DNA from: the human T2T-CHM13v2.0 reference genome, Homo sapiens | Direction: 5' to 3' (one strand) | Assembly (NCBI RefSeq): GCF_009914755.1 | Contig: NC_060926.1 | DNA length: 64,000 bases | Shown here: piece by piece, positions 40,294 through 52,520 of the stretch | Numbering within the stretch: position 1 is the stretch's first letter | Layout of the letters: each line of letters begins with the position of its first letter | Notes under the pieces: model-generated | What the model was told of the DNA's origin: nothing | The model's database searches: none | What the model saw: the letters and a program-made list of their open reading frames with translations, nothing else | Program-made: the position numbers and the translations under genes

Positions 40294-41083
40294 TGCCTGT
40301 AAAATAACCGTTTATTTAATAGTTAAAAAAAAAAAAAACTCCAGTGATAAATGTCCGTTACCGATGGTCAGCATAAAGTGCCAATCGCAATATAACGCCC
40401 GGCTCTTGGCTGGCTGCTCCCTCGCAGTGTCGCGGCAGCGGAGGCCGGGCCCCCTGCAGACCCCAGGCCCGAGGTCCCCGTCCCGCTCTCCTAGTCCCGG
40501 AGCCCACGGCCGCCAGCTGAGCTGCAAGAGCTGGGAGGGGGCTGCCCCGCGGTCCCTAGGGCAGGAGGCTGAAGCAGATACAGGGATTACACTTTTGCAG
40601 GCTCCGGGGGTGGGGGCAGGGGCGGGAGGAGGAGGTGGGAGCTGCCAGTGCTAAGGACTTCGTTGCCTCTCCTCTCTCCACTCACTCTCCGCAGTCAGAG
40701 TTACAAGCTTATATGGTCAAAGACAAAAATAAAAAAGAAAACGTATAAAATAACAATAGAAAAAGTAATACTTCTGGGAGAGGCGCCGCTGCGGCTCCGC
40801 GGAGCTTTCGTTCTTTTTTTAATGCAGTTTCCCTTCCGCCACGTGAGTACCGCCTTTTGGCCAAGAGTTTAGCCGCGTCCTAGGGGAGCAGCAGGGACGG
40901 TCGGGGTCGCGGCCCCGGGCGGGGCTCTGAAGTGCCGCGTGCGCCAGGGACCCAGGGGACAATGTTGGAGAGGTGGAAGGTCCCGAGCGAGCGCCTCTCC
41001 CGCTGCCCGCCAGAGTCAGGCTTCTGGTCCCTATGGAGGAGAGGGCCGCTGGGCCTAGGGTCCTTGTGACCCACAGGTTCTAT
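40294..41083 (-). other. OSR1: OSR1 3'UTR (exon 3), GC/CpG-rich
   Basis: Runs from the stop codon to the poly(A) signal; cleavage inferred at a CA ~17 nt after AATAAA. Confidence 0.8.
40311..40316 (-). terminator. OSR1: OSR1 polyadenylation signal AATAAA
   Basis: TTTATT on the plus strand, preceded in the transcript by a U-tract (A run ~40325-40338). Confidence 0.85.
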
Positions 41084-41314
<231 letters not shown>

Positions 41315-41541
41315 TCAAAGGAAAAGTGTATAGTCAGGTACCAAGTGTGGATGGGACAAAATGTTAATTGGGGATGGAGTGGGGAGGTAAAGGAGATGCT
41401 TTAGCAAAGTCTGATCCTTAAACAGGTTCAGCCACCCGTTTAAGGTGCCTTCCTGGTGGGCAGGAGGGGCAAACTTGGCCTCCTTATAAGGTCAACACTG
41501 AAGATGAGTAAAGGGAGCTGGGGTCGGACAATTTGCTCGAC

Positions 41542-41660
41542 CTGCGCTGTCGAAGATGGTAGCCGCTAGCATGTGTGCTTATTAAAATTAAAATTACTTA
41601 AAATTAAATAAAACTAAATTAGTTTCTCAGACATTTCAAATACTTAACTGTCACATGTGT
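41542..41660. mobile_element. MER3/MER33-like hAT DNA transposon fragment in OSR1 intron 2
   Basis: ctgcgctgtc…ggtagccgctagc…ttaaaattaaataaaa…catttcaaat…cacatgtg follows the recalled MER3 consensus order. Confidence 0.65.
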
Positions 41661-41949
41661 CACATGTCACACCCCTGAGGATGGAGGAAGTGGGGCAGAG
41701 GAAGCTGTGTGCTTGTCTGGAGCTCACGGAGACCTCACTTAATCTTGGGTCCTCTTTATTCCCACATTTCCTGAACCCATGCTCCAAAACCTATCCCTGG
41801 ATCTCCTAGGCTTTCCTTCTTGATTTTAAAGAATTCCCTGAAGCTCCAGAGGCTTGGAGCCAGTAGGGGGTCTCAAGAACCTCGTTAGGGAGAAAGATGG
41901 TGAGGCCAGAGGCAGAGAGCTCTCTCTTGCGCCACCCGCAGTGCCGCAC

Positions 41950-42614
41950 CTGTGGTCTCGCAGGTGGTCTTGCCTCCGGAAGGCTTTGTGGCAGATGTCA
42001 CAGGTGTAGGGCCGCTCGTCGGTGTGCGTCCGCTCATGGATAAGTAGGTTGTAGGACTTGGTGAAGTGGCGGCCACAGAACTTGCAGACGAATTCCTTCT
42101 TGGTCTTGGAAGGCAGACGTCCCCTTGTGGGCTTCTTTTCTGGAGACAGCTTGGTCACGTCGAGGAGGGCACCCAGCCCACCTGCAGGGGAGCCTGGGCC
42201 CTCCCCGCGACCGAGCTTGGCCGGATCTTCTTGCGTTGCTGCCAAGGCCAGGTTGGCAAAATCAAAGCGCGGCTTGGTCTTGAGCGCTGGAACGCTGCCT
42301 CCAGCGGTGATCTCGGGCTTGGGTTGAATGACATGAGGGAACCAGGGAAAGGCGGGCAGCTGGAAGCGCGCATCCACCAAGCTGGACACCGTGCCCGGCA
42401 CTTTGGAGAAAGAAGAGCGCGGCAAGTGCATGGCCGGGTAGCCCAGCGTCCACTGATGCAGGTGCACAGCGTGCAACGCGCTGAAACCATACAGGTTGGG
42501 CAGATGGTCCGAAGGCACTGTGGGCAGGCCGTTCACTGCCTGAAGGAAGGAGTAGTTGGTGAGCTGCAGGGAAGGGTGGATAGGCACCGGCGCCGGCAAG
42601 GTTTTGCTGCCCAT
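41950..42614 (-). CDS. OSR1: OSR1 coding exon 2: protein odd-skipped-related 1 N-terminus, eh1-like motif, zinc fingers 1-2
   Basis: [29 protein letters not shown]…[10 protein letters not shown]…[51 protein letters not shown]. Donor CACAG|GTGCGG at 41950/41949; the exon starts at 42646 after the acceptor tcttttctttgcAG. Confidence 0.98.
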
Positions 42615-43196
42615 TTCGGTAGTTGCAGTGGCTTCTCAATCCGGATCTGCAAAGAAAAGAAGAAGGCAGGGGCGTGGAGAGGAATAAAGAAGTTCAGGGT
42701 GGGTCGCCTTCCTCCTGAATTCCAGCCGAGCCACACCCTCTCCTCACACCCAGCGCAGGAGCTAAGAGTCTAAGACCCCATTCCCAAAACCCACTGCCCT
42801 CACAAAGAGGGTGGGAATGTAAGACGCAGGGGAGCCCTCTTTTCAGAACCCTCCTTGGTCTAAGGGCTCCCTCCAAATGGCGTCTGGCAGAGCCACACAA
42901 CTTGATAGAGGGAAGGGCCTACTGTATGCAAGACACTGAGAAAGGAACAAGCAAAGGGAAACTGCCTGTCCTGTAGAAATTGACATCCAGGTAAGCCCGG
43001 GTCAACACAGAATCACAATCTCCTGCAAAGATAACAGGAGCTGGGGAACATACTTACACATTTATTTGCAGATAAACACAGAATTGCACACGTGGATTCA
43101 GACATTCTGAGGCAGAATTGACAAGGTGCAAAGACTGGGACAACCAATGTTTTATAGTACAACACTGGCTTTAAAAAAATGCAGGAACCCCTGAAT

Positions 43197-43198
<2 letters not shown>

Positions 43199-43228
<30 letters not shown>
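43199..43228. repeat. (CA)n microsatellite in OSR1 intron 1
   Basis: About 15 perfect CA units. Confidence 0.95.
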
Positions 43229-43231
<3 letters not shown>

Positions 43232-44399
43232 GATCACATTGCACCCATGAAGAGCCTCACAGACAACACACATACACAGGCGCACAAATGCATGCACCTC
43301 CTGGCTCCCATTCATTAAGGTCTTCTGGCTGACCTTCGATTTGGCTTCCAGAAGCCCTGTCATCTTTCTCCTCAAAACCCTCAACTTTGACCTTAAATCT
43401 GCTTCCCTGCCTTAGTGTAAGTGAAACCTGTTGGCTCCACTCTCTCTGCAGCTGCTTGTGGACTGACTCTCTGCCTTGCCTTAGCCCTCGGGGACCACTT
43501 TGCTTTCAAGGAGGTTGCTAATATCCACATTCATTTACTCTGTCAAACAACTGCAGTCACAAACAAGGGGGTGTTAGTGCCCTCACTCCCCCAAAGAAAA
43601 AGGGAGCTGAGTCTTTGGGTTGTCAGCATGTTCTTGTGTGTTGTGAGCCCTGGGCAGGTGGGTATGCCTATGGGCAAGAACACTGAGGCCAGGCCTCCAT
43701 TCCTGTGGTCTATGTACCTCCAAGTGCAAGGTTGGAGAGCTTGAGCAAGGCCAGAGGAAAGCCACACTGAAGTGACCAGGGGTTGGCATCTCCAGACCTC
43801 CTTGGCCATGGTCTCCAGCCTCCGTGGAGACATCTGAGCTCTGCAAAATGCTTTTCATCTCTACCTCCCAGACACTCCTAATTTAGATGTGTCCAGTGGA
43901 GGAAAGAACAGGGTGAGCAAAGTCTAAACTGTCAGGGAGCCTTGGGAAGCCCAAGCACTGAACTCCTGGCTCTTAGCTTGGGGCTACTTAAGAAGTCATT
44001 GTCACAGCAGGGTCCGTGGGACTCCCTTCTCTCTTGCCTAGCTTCAATCCCCTGCTGTTGACTTCTTCCTTTACCCTTCATTACTCTCCTCTTCCTAGGT
44101 CCTTTCCTCTAACATGGAGCAATTCCCCTTCCCTGGGATGCACTGGCCTCTGCTCTGCTCCCTAGTTTGGCGTGCCCCCTCCCCAGGTTGAGCTGACCCT
44201 CAGCCCAGGGCAAGGCCCAGGCATAGACTCCTCTGCCTTTCGCTGCAGCGAGGCTTTCAAAGCCTGGCTCTGTCCAGGGATGTGCAGTGCCTTTTCCCAG
44301 GAGGTATGAGGGCAATGTTGACCCAGGAAAACCTTTTCTCCTGGAAGCTGGCACGGGGGCCACTGGCTGTGTGGTGGGACCTAAGGAAAGAGGCCTTCC

Positions 44400-47300
44400 T
44401 GGGAATGGGGTGTAAAAACACCACGAGCTGGCCGTGATTTGCCTGCGCAGTTTAAATTAGCACTCGGATAAAAACCGTTGCAATGAATTTAGCCTCAGGG
44501 CAAGAGGAGGCATATTATCTGCGTGATCTGGCCTCTGAAGCAGAGCGCTGGTGCCGCTGGCAGCGCCGTGGCTTCAGCAACGGTCATCTCTACTGCGCCA
44601 AGCTCGGGTCGTGCCCGGGACAAATTGAGACTATCCCAGAGCTCGGACACAAGGAGAAGTAAATTTCAAATTGGGCCAGAGAGGAAGCTGAGACCCATTT
44701 GGGTTGGGGAAGGGGAAGGAGGAGAAGCCTGTCTAACTTCAAAGGTCGGCCTGGACTTAGGAGGGATGAGCGCTCTTTGAATTGCTGTCACCTCTTCTTC
44801 CCTTCCAGGCGCTGGAAATCAGATCCTTATCTCCGGGTCCCGGACCCCGCTGGGCGCCGCGGAGGCCTCCCCCTGCTCCTCTGGGTGCTTGGCCTATCCA
44901 AGGCCAAGCCAGCGGCCGTGGCTGTGGGACTCTGGCCTGCACACTGTCCCGAACCCGCTCCGTGCCTGGGTGGGAGAAACCACCAACCTCGCTAGGCCTT
45001 TCCTCGCCTTCTTCCTTAGAGCCAAGACCGGAGCCGTCTTGGGCTCCGTAGGGGGTGCCGGGAAGGGGGAGTGCTTGCAGCTATAATGGTTCCTGGGAGC
45101 CAACCTTTCCGGGCTATCTGCCCGATCTTGTTTTCCCCAACACTACATTTATTTTCTTCCGCGGCCCAGCCCGTTCCTTGTTTTCTGAAGCATTCGGAAG
45201 CCAGTGCTCCCCAGGCTCCCGCCAACGACTTTCCCCAGGACGAAATTCATTCGAAACGTGGCTCTTTACACTAGTATCAAGAATGGGCCGAAAGCACGAT
45301 CCGGTTTCAGGAGGTCGGTTAAGAGAAAAACACAGTCTCACCCTAGCCTCTCCAGCCAGAAAGGATGAGTGAGCCCCCGGCTCCTCCGGCTCCGGTTTCC
45401 CAGACCGCGGAACCCCAGGGCGAATACTTTCGATCTTTAAACACAGGATGGAAAACCCTTCCCCAGGCTAGGCACCCATTCCTCAAACAGCTTGGGCCTC
45501 AGGACCTGCGGGAAAGAATAAGGGGACCCGACCACGCACAGCAGACGCAATTCGCGCTCGGGATCCCGAGTCCCTGCGCAGTGCGGGCACTCGCGTCCCT
45601 CGCGCGGTGGAGCGCCAATCCCAGGTCTGCGGCCAGTCCTATGCTGGGCATTAATGAAGTGTGCAGAGTCTATTAAAGTGGTTTATTCGGGGCTAATTGA
45701 GCGTGAGCAAGTTAACTGCTTGCATTAATGAGAACGGGAGCGAACTCCACGAGTTTGCGCCTGGGGGAGCCCAGCAGCAACCCAAGAAAATCAGCCTTGA
45801 CATCGAATCTCCAACGAGTGGTGACAGGCGTCCGGACCCCCGTGAAGAGGACTGACCGGCACCGGATACTTCTATAGCATTCTCCCAACAAACGAGATCT
45901 AACGAACCCATTGGCAAGGCGGTCATCCGGCTGCACTTAAATGTCCGCTGCGTCCTCGGTGATCCATTCCCCAATCTTAATAAAACAGCAATTACCTCGA
46001 GGAGCCTGGGATGGAACATCTACACGCCGCCGGTCGCTGCTAGTCCCCTCCAGCGCTTCTCTTCCCTAGGGGGTTGTGAACCTGGGACACCTAGCCTTGC
46101 ACGTGGTTTTGTTCCGCAGAGCCAATGCGCAGCTCTTAGCCTGGGTGAAATTTACCAAATTGTGGCAACAAAGAAACCCTTGCGGCTACTTTACACATTG
46201 AGAACCCAACCCGCTACTGCCTGAGCTGCTGAAAAAGGACTAAACGTGGTTTTTCATTCTTCTCCGAGACATTTCCGAGGAGAAATTAGTTCAGCAGGCA
46301 GCCCTTCACCCCTTTCCCCCTTCTTTCTCTCCTGACGGCTGGATTAGCGGACAGTCAGGGGAGTAACAGAACTTTTCCTGTCCCCAGCCCGGAGACCCTA
46401 GGGCTCCACAGAGTTTCCACTAGTGCTGTGTGTGGGTCTCGAATTGGAAAGCAGTGCTTGCGCCCACTGCATTGCCTCCCTGCACCAGGACAATCAAGGG
46501 TTCCGCTCCAGGCCTTGACGACACAGAGCAATCATCCTATGGAGAATATCCCTAAGTTAGAGCGCGAGTGCAAGGCGGGGTTCAGACTCGCAGCCCTGCG
46601 CTCTCGGGTCTAGGCGGCCTCATACTAGAGCGCAGCTCCTCAAAAGACAAACTTGAACGAAAGCGCTACCGAGCTGGGGCATGCACCTGTCCCTGGCGCG
46701 GTCGGCTGCGGCTGTGGCCATTCACTCCCTCTCCCTTCCTTCTTCGTCAACCTGGGCGTCAGCCAGAGCTAGGAGCGCGTCTCAGGAAAGTTTGTGCCCG
46801 CTGAAGTTGCTCTGGTTTCTTAAAGGGGGCCCACAGATTGACTTTCAAAGTCCGTGGGCACCTCGCCCGTGATTCCGCAGAGCCGGGCGGGCTGGCCGCA
46901 GTAGCGGAGGCCCGCCCCCCTTAATCCCCAGCGGTCAGAGGCCGAGGACCCCGCGCAGGAAGTCCTGAGGCAGCACCCCCAACCACCCTGCTCTCACTTT
47001 CACAAAAGTCCTACAGCATTCGTTTGGCAAGAGCTTCCTTCAGGGGCATTGAGAGAGAGGAGGCACCCGCCGAGCAGTGACAAGGAACCTGGGAGTCCTG
47101 CCCGCATTCGCTTTGCTGAGCCCAGGCGCCCAGGACTGCAATTACCTTGTTCCGCAGAGGTCCTGGGGCTGAGCACGTCTCTGGGGCTTTAGCTGAAGGG
47201 GACTGGGGAAGCCGGAGGCCCTGGAGCCCACAGGCGCCCCTGGAGCTCTAGTGTCCCGACTCCTCTCCTGCCGCGGGGACTCCAAGCGCCGGACACGCGG

Positions 47301-48100
47301 GAGCGAGCGCTCAGCAGCCCCGGATCCTGCACGCCGGGGACGGTGAGCCTCGCTCGCGGCTCCCTCGCTGGGTCTGAACCAGGAGCAGCTGAGAACGTGC
47401 CGGGGAGAGGCCGAGCTCCGACTCACTCATCCCTTAGCACCGAGCCGCCTACTTATTTTAATCCACCACCCTCCCTCCTCCACCACCCCCACCCCCGCCC
47501 CTTGCCTCAGGATTCCTCCCCTCCCTCCCCTGCCCCCCAACCCTGCCCTGCGCCTGCGCAATGAAAGACAAAGTTTTTGCTGACCCGGGCAGCAGACTTT
47601 GGCAGCTGCTCTCGCTTGGACCCGGCCTCTCCCAACCTGCGTCCCCTCCTCTTCAGTCCCGCGCGACCCCTGCTGCCTTTTTAGGTCCAGAGCGGCACGC
47701 CTGGCGCACTGGAGGAAACGGTCCCTAGCAGATGAGAGCGGGCTGGCACCGCACGTTTCGAGGTCCTATACTTGGGCTCCTAGGACACAGCCCGTGCTCT
47801 TTGGGAGGAGGGAGGGAGGGGCAGTAGCTCTGTGCACCGGGATCCCCACACCGCGGCTTGGGTTTCAACGCACTTTGGCGCCTGACAGAGTCGCATCTCC
47901 TCCCAGAATCTCTTTCCAGAGGCGGCAGACCCCGAGTGTGGAGCAGCTCCTGGCTATCCAAGCGTGCTCGGGGCCAGGGTGTTAACCCAGGCAGCGCTGG
48001 TTAATTCCTGGTGCGGGAGGGCCAGGGTCACCGAAGCAAGCGAGCTGTAACATCTGAGTGCTTATGGTTGACCCCAGACCCTAAGTTCTGGAGTCCAGTA
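44400..48100. promoter_or_regulatory. OSR1: CpG island over the OSR1 promoter, exon 1 and the 5' part of intron 1
   Basis: High GC and CpG density. TATA-like TTAAAATAA (minus, 47461-47453) ~25-30 nt upstream of the inferred TSS; NRF1 motif TGCGCCTGCGCA 47549-47560; C-rich GC/CACCC boxes 47470-47548. Confidence 0.85.
47146..47428 (-). other. OSR1: OSR1 non-coding exon 1 (5'UTR); TSS approximate
   Basis: Donor AAG|GTAATT at 47146/47145, downstream of the TATA-like element; consistent with the known three-exon OSR1 structure. Confidence 0.75.
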
Positions 48101-49949
48101 GAAAGAACAAAGAGTAGGGAAAGGAGGTCAGGAAAGTTATTTTCCTGGGGCCCAGAACTCTCTGAGATTTCACCCCAATGCACAGTGGCACTCTCTACTT
48201 ACATATTTGTTTTAGGATGGATCAGAGTTTAGAGAGCCGCACTGGCAAGCTAGACGAGCTGCAAAGTTGTCAGTTCCAGGGCCTCTGAGTCAAGGAGCTG
48301 GTTCAGGTGGAGTTTTTAATCGGAAAGGAATCAGAGTTCTGGACATTAAAAATTCTATCTTCATTGCCTAGGCATTATGGAGGGTACCATCACCCCCTTG
48401 ACTACCCATCTCTGAAAGCTGACCTCCGGCTGACCCCAGCCCAATCCCTCCCTAATGCCTTTCTGGAATACCCTTCCAGGCCTTGGGTTTGGCAAGGAGG
48501 AGTCACTGGTTTCCTGGGACTTGTGTGGGTCCAGATCACACAACTGCACTCTCTGCCTTTGCCCCAGAGTTGCTGCTGAGTGACTCTTGGAGCTGGATCC
48601 TAGATTCCGTGGGTCCCTAAGTACTGTACTGCTTCTCTCCCGAGGAGCTTCTGCTATCTCCAGCTTTGGTTTGCAAAGCTAATCTGATTTTCTTGGGAGG
48701 TGAAGAAGGTTGTAATACCTGACCTAGGGAGATGGTAATGAAGACTCCCCTCCCTCAAAGGCATAGTTGAAAGAGGATTTCCTTATATCCCCAGGCCTTT
48801 AGAACAGAATCTAGCCTCTAACCCCTGGGTAACTTCGTCTTGTTTGAGGAGGAGTAAGAGGGGGTGCAATCTTTGCTCCAACGAACAGCTTTTACCCAGT
48901 GCCTCAGGTTAGTGCAGAAGTAAGAGATTCACATAAGTTTGTCCATGCTCCTGGAATCTTAGCAGTTGCTAGGATGTAGTGACATTCTTGCTAGAGTAAG
49001 AACCCTTGGAAGAGAAGAGAGCTGAGATCACACCTCCTTCCTAGAGATTCCAGAACAGAAAGCTTCAAGGGCAAGGAAAGGCCTGGAGGGAAAGTCTACA
49101 CAGGGCAATGCTGAACTTTGCTGGCTTCCACCTTGGGCACAGGGAGTGTGCTTGTTCCAGCCTCAGGCTCTCCAAATAAGCAAAGCTTGGGTAACCTCCA
49201 TTACCAGCAGCAAAAGTTAAGAAGTAAAAAAAATGCCCACACGATAGGGCCTCTGGCTGTCCAGATCACTTAGGAATAGTGGCTGGTCATTCAGGTGGGA
49301 TGGAACCTCCTGGGGTGTAAATACCCAAACTCCTGCTATGCACCCCTCATAACTCAGCTGGGCTTCTTTTATGTTTCTCCTTGTCTTTCTTTTCTAAAAC
49401 AGGGCCCTTGGCCAATATGCCTCAGAACTTCCAGAAAGCCCTAAGTAGTAGGATCCCTAAAGAGCTCTCGGAGAGAAAGTGTTCCTGATCTTAAAGAAGA
49501 AACATGCAACCGAGTTGTTTCACCACTGCTTTGCCAGATTATCTTGAAAACTGATCCTGACTCAGGTCTCTAGAACTTAGTAGATGTAGAGCAGGTTGTA
49601 GAGCAGATGTAGAGTAGATGGAAGCAAGGTTGGTGTTGGTCCCCCAGGCTGTGCCTCCCAGAGAAATCATGACCACCTCTGCCTGGAGCTGGTCAGCAAG
49701 GCCACAACAGGACAAGGCCAGAGTGCACCTGAGTGCTAGTGACGATGGCTCTCCACAAGGGCTCACCTGTTTCAGAAGCCTGGCTTCAGAGAGGCGTCTC
49801 CTAGGTCGCTGACAATGCACAGCCTCAGAAAGCCAGGATAACGAAATTCAAGAATTGCTAGGAGCTGAAAAGTCCTCCATCCCGCTCTGAGCTCCCAAGG
49901 GGGTGACCCCCAAACCCTAGCCTTGACCTCCACAGGAGGCCAACCAAAG

Positions 49950-50780
49950 TCTGGGTTCCTTCTGGGCGGGGCAGGCAGGAAGAAGCCCAGGAAGCTAAGA
50001 ATCCCTCCGGCCGTTCAGTGCTGCGGTATCCCATCCCCGGCCTGTTTAAGAGAAATTGATCACGTTAAGCGGGCCCTGCGTCGCTGCGCAGTGCCCGGAC
50101 TACCGCTTGGATGGATTGACAAGGGAAGGACGCAGGACACCTAAGAGCAACAAGGGTACTTTTTAAGCGAGGTTACATGTGTTTAGGACTCGCGAGGACG
50201 TCACGTTTCGAATTTGGTAAAAGTCCTCGGTAGCTAGGACCCAACAGTTCTGCCCTCCTGGAAACCCAATGAAGGTGACAAAACTCCCATCTCATTACTG
50301 GGAGTCCAGCGCACTCCGCCACCGCGGCTGCAGCTTCTGCTAGCTCGGAGCCTGCGGACTCCAGCCGGCGCGAACTCCGCCGCGACTCTTTCTGGCTCTC
50401 TCGCTCACTGCCTTCGGGGCGGAACCGCGGGCGCCGGAGTGGTCCCAGACTCGGCTGGGACCGGGCAGCCTAGAAGAAGGGTCCCCTCAGTAGAGACCAG
50501 GCCTCCAGCTCTCCGTCCGGCGCTCCGCTCCACAACCCGCCAGTCGATGTGAGGTCCGTCAAGGGAGCGATCCCTCCGTCTGCCCGGGCTTCCGGGCTGT
50601 GGACCGCACTGAACCCAGTCCCGCAGCAAGCCCTGCTGCCGCCTTTTCCTGGGCACGCCTGCGGTGGTGACGGCCCGCTGCTCATGTCTCCACGCCAAAC
50701 CCCAGCCCCTCTCCCGATTCCTGCTCCTTGGTAAAGCGCCCCAGCCTGTCTTCGGAGTGAAAATTGAGCAGCTTCCAGAA
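49950..50780. promoter_or_regulatory. Upstream CpG island (~3 kb 5' of OSR1)
   Basis: CpG-dense, with GC boxes (49963, 50415) and a half-CRE GACGTCA (~50197). Confidence 0.7.
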
Positions 50781-51749
50781 AATTAACTAGAATGTGGTCT
50801 ATATTGCTTTGAGTTGTTTTGGATTCAAAAAAAAATGAACCCCACCTCTCCGCACCCCATAGCCTAAAAAAAAAAAAAAAAAGTCCTCATTTTTTCAAAT
50901 GAAGTTTGCTCAGCACTTGCGAATTTTTGCTTCCAACGCAACTACTTCCTGTAACTACTTTGCAGACAATTGGGGGTCTGCTCGTTAGAAACCCCCTTAC
51001 GCATGTACAGGGCTTTCAAATAACCTGGAGATTTAGGCGTCCCTCTGTATTCATTTAGATGATGGATAGTAATGGCTCAATAGTTCCTCTGGAACCATTA
51101 CGGTCAATCAGGTCAAAATCCAGCTTGTGGGTGGGAAGGATTTTTAAGCACGGGAGGTAGGTAACAGGACTCCTGCGCACATTTGTTCAGATAACACCTC
51201 TGATAACGTAATGCAATCCAGGGTCCTTAAGAGAACAGATGCCAGGTGAACGCAAGAGCGGGTGTTTTTTGTTGTGACAGCGACAGACAAGTTACAGTAT
51301 CAAAACTGAAAGGGAAAGTGAACTGTTTTTCCAGGCAGTTCCCGTTTGGTAAGTTCTTTACGGGCACACAAATGTAACTCTTTCACCTTAATAAATGTAA
51401 CAATACATACACACACACACACACACACACATATACCTTTGGTTTGTAAAAATATGTGTGACATGAAGCATAAATACGAGCATGGAATTGCATGGGCATA
51501 CGATCATCGGGAAAATGGAATGATGATGTCTTCTGTTGTGAAGATCAAATGTAAAATGTATGTAAAAGACGGCATGGGTTTTTACTTTTTACACAAATTT
51601 GAGTTGTCAGACTATTTTAGACACATCCAGATCTATGTACTAAGGTTAATGAACTTTTCCTTTTTCCAAGGTGTAAATAAGTGCATTAGAAACAAGGCAA
51701 TGTCTAATCAGCCGGGGATGTTGGAGAACAGTAGTTTGAACGGAATTGT

Positions 51750-52520
51750 GAATAGTTAGGGTGGAATCCTGCAGATAGAGCCACCTACTGCACCCGCGGC
51801 GCTGGGTCCTTCCGGGCTGCACCGGCGGCGGGTGGCGCTGGAGGAAGGAGAGTTCGCGGTAATTAAACATTTCCAGACACCGGAGGGTTATTATCTGCAG
51901 AGCGATTTCCGGCGATGGGACTCGGAGAGAGTCCGGCTGCGAGGTTTCGAGATTCTGGGACGCAATCCTAAAGAAAACGTGCCCCCTGCTGGCGAGCAAG
52001 CCACATCTCGGGACCCCTTCTTGGAAAACTCGCAAACCCACAGTATCCTTATTTCACTTTGCCCAAGAGTATTTTAGTCCTTCAGTTTTTCTTTTCTCAG
52101 TTAGAAGTTTGCTGCTACTCATTTAAAAGTACGCACACGCTTACCCTTCCAAAGAGCAAACGGAGGAGGAATTACTTCTCGCCACGGGGTTTCTGTTTCC
52201 CTGCCCCAAACCAGACGTCCTTGCTCTCAGATGGATGAGGGCTTTTGTTTGTTTGTTTGTTTGTTTTTAAATAATCCGAAATTCCTAGCAACTATCTGCC
52301 GCCGTTCGCTTCTGGTCCTGGGAAGACGATGAGCAAAGATCTACTGGGACCCCATCCTGCATTTGCAAGCTCGGTCCGCGTGCCCCTCCCGGCACACCCG
52401 GAGGTGAGAAGTGCCCTCCGGTGCCTCCGTCCGCAGCCCCTCGTAGGTCTGCACGTCCTGCTTCGGATCCCAAATCCTGGCTTTCTGAAGAAGCGCGGGA
52501 AGAAGAGAGAGAGTCTGTTT
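51750..52520. promoter_or_regulatory. Upstream CpG-rich element containing a reverse CTCF motif (51978-51995)
   Basis: CGTGCCCCCTGCTGGCGA is the reverse complement of TCGCCAGCAGGGGGCACG. Confidence 0.7.

Noticed and set aside
41826-41949. 262-aa ORF tail (…[14 protein letters not shown]…) as the OSR1 C-terminus
   Set aside because: This is read-through into intron 2 past the canonical donor at 41949; splicing to 41219 completes finger 2 and gives the 266-aa protein.
42066-42773. 235-aa plus-strand ORF antisense to OSR1 exon 2
   Set aside because: Shadow ORF of a GC-rich coding exon; non-ATG start and no recognisable domain.
47142-47426. 94-aa uORF across OSR1 exon 1
   Set aside because: Starts at GTG and ends across the splice donor; exon 1 has no internal ATG (the only one is at 47430-47428, at or before the inferred TSS).
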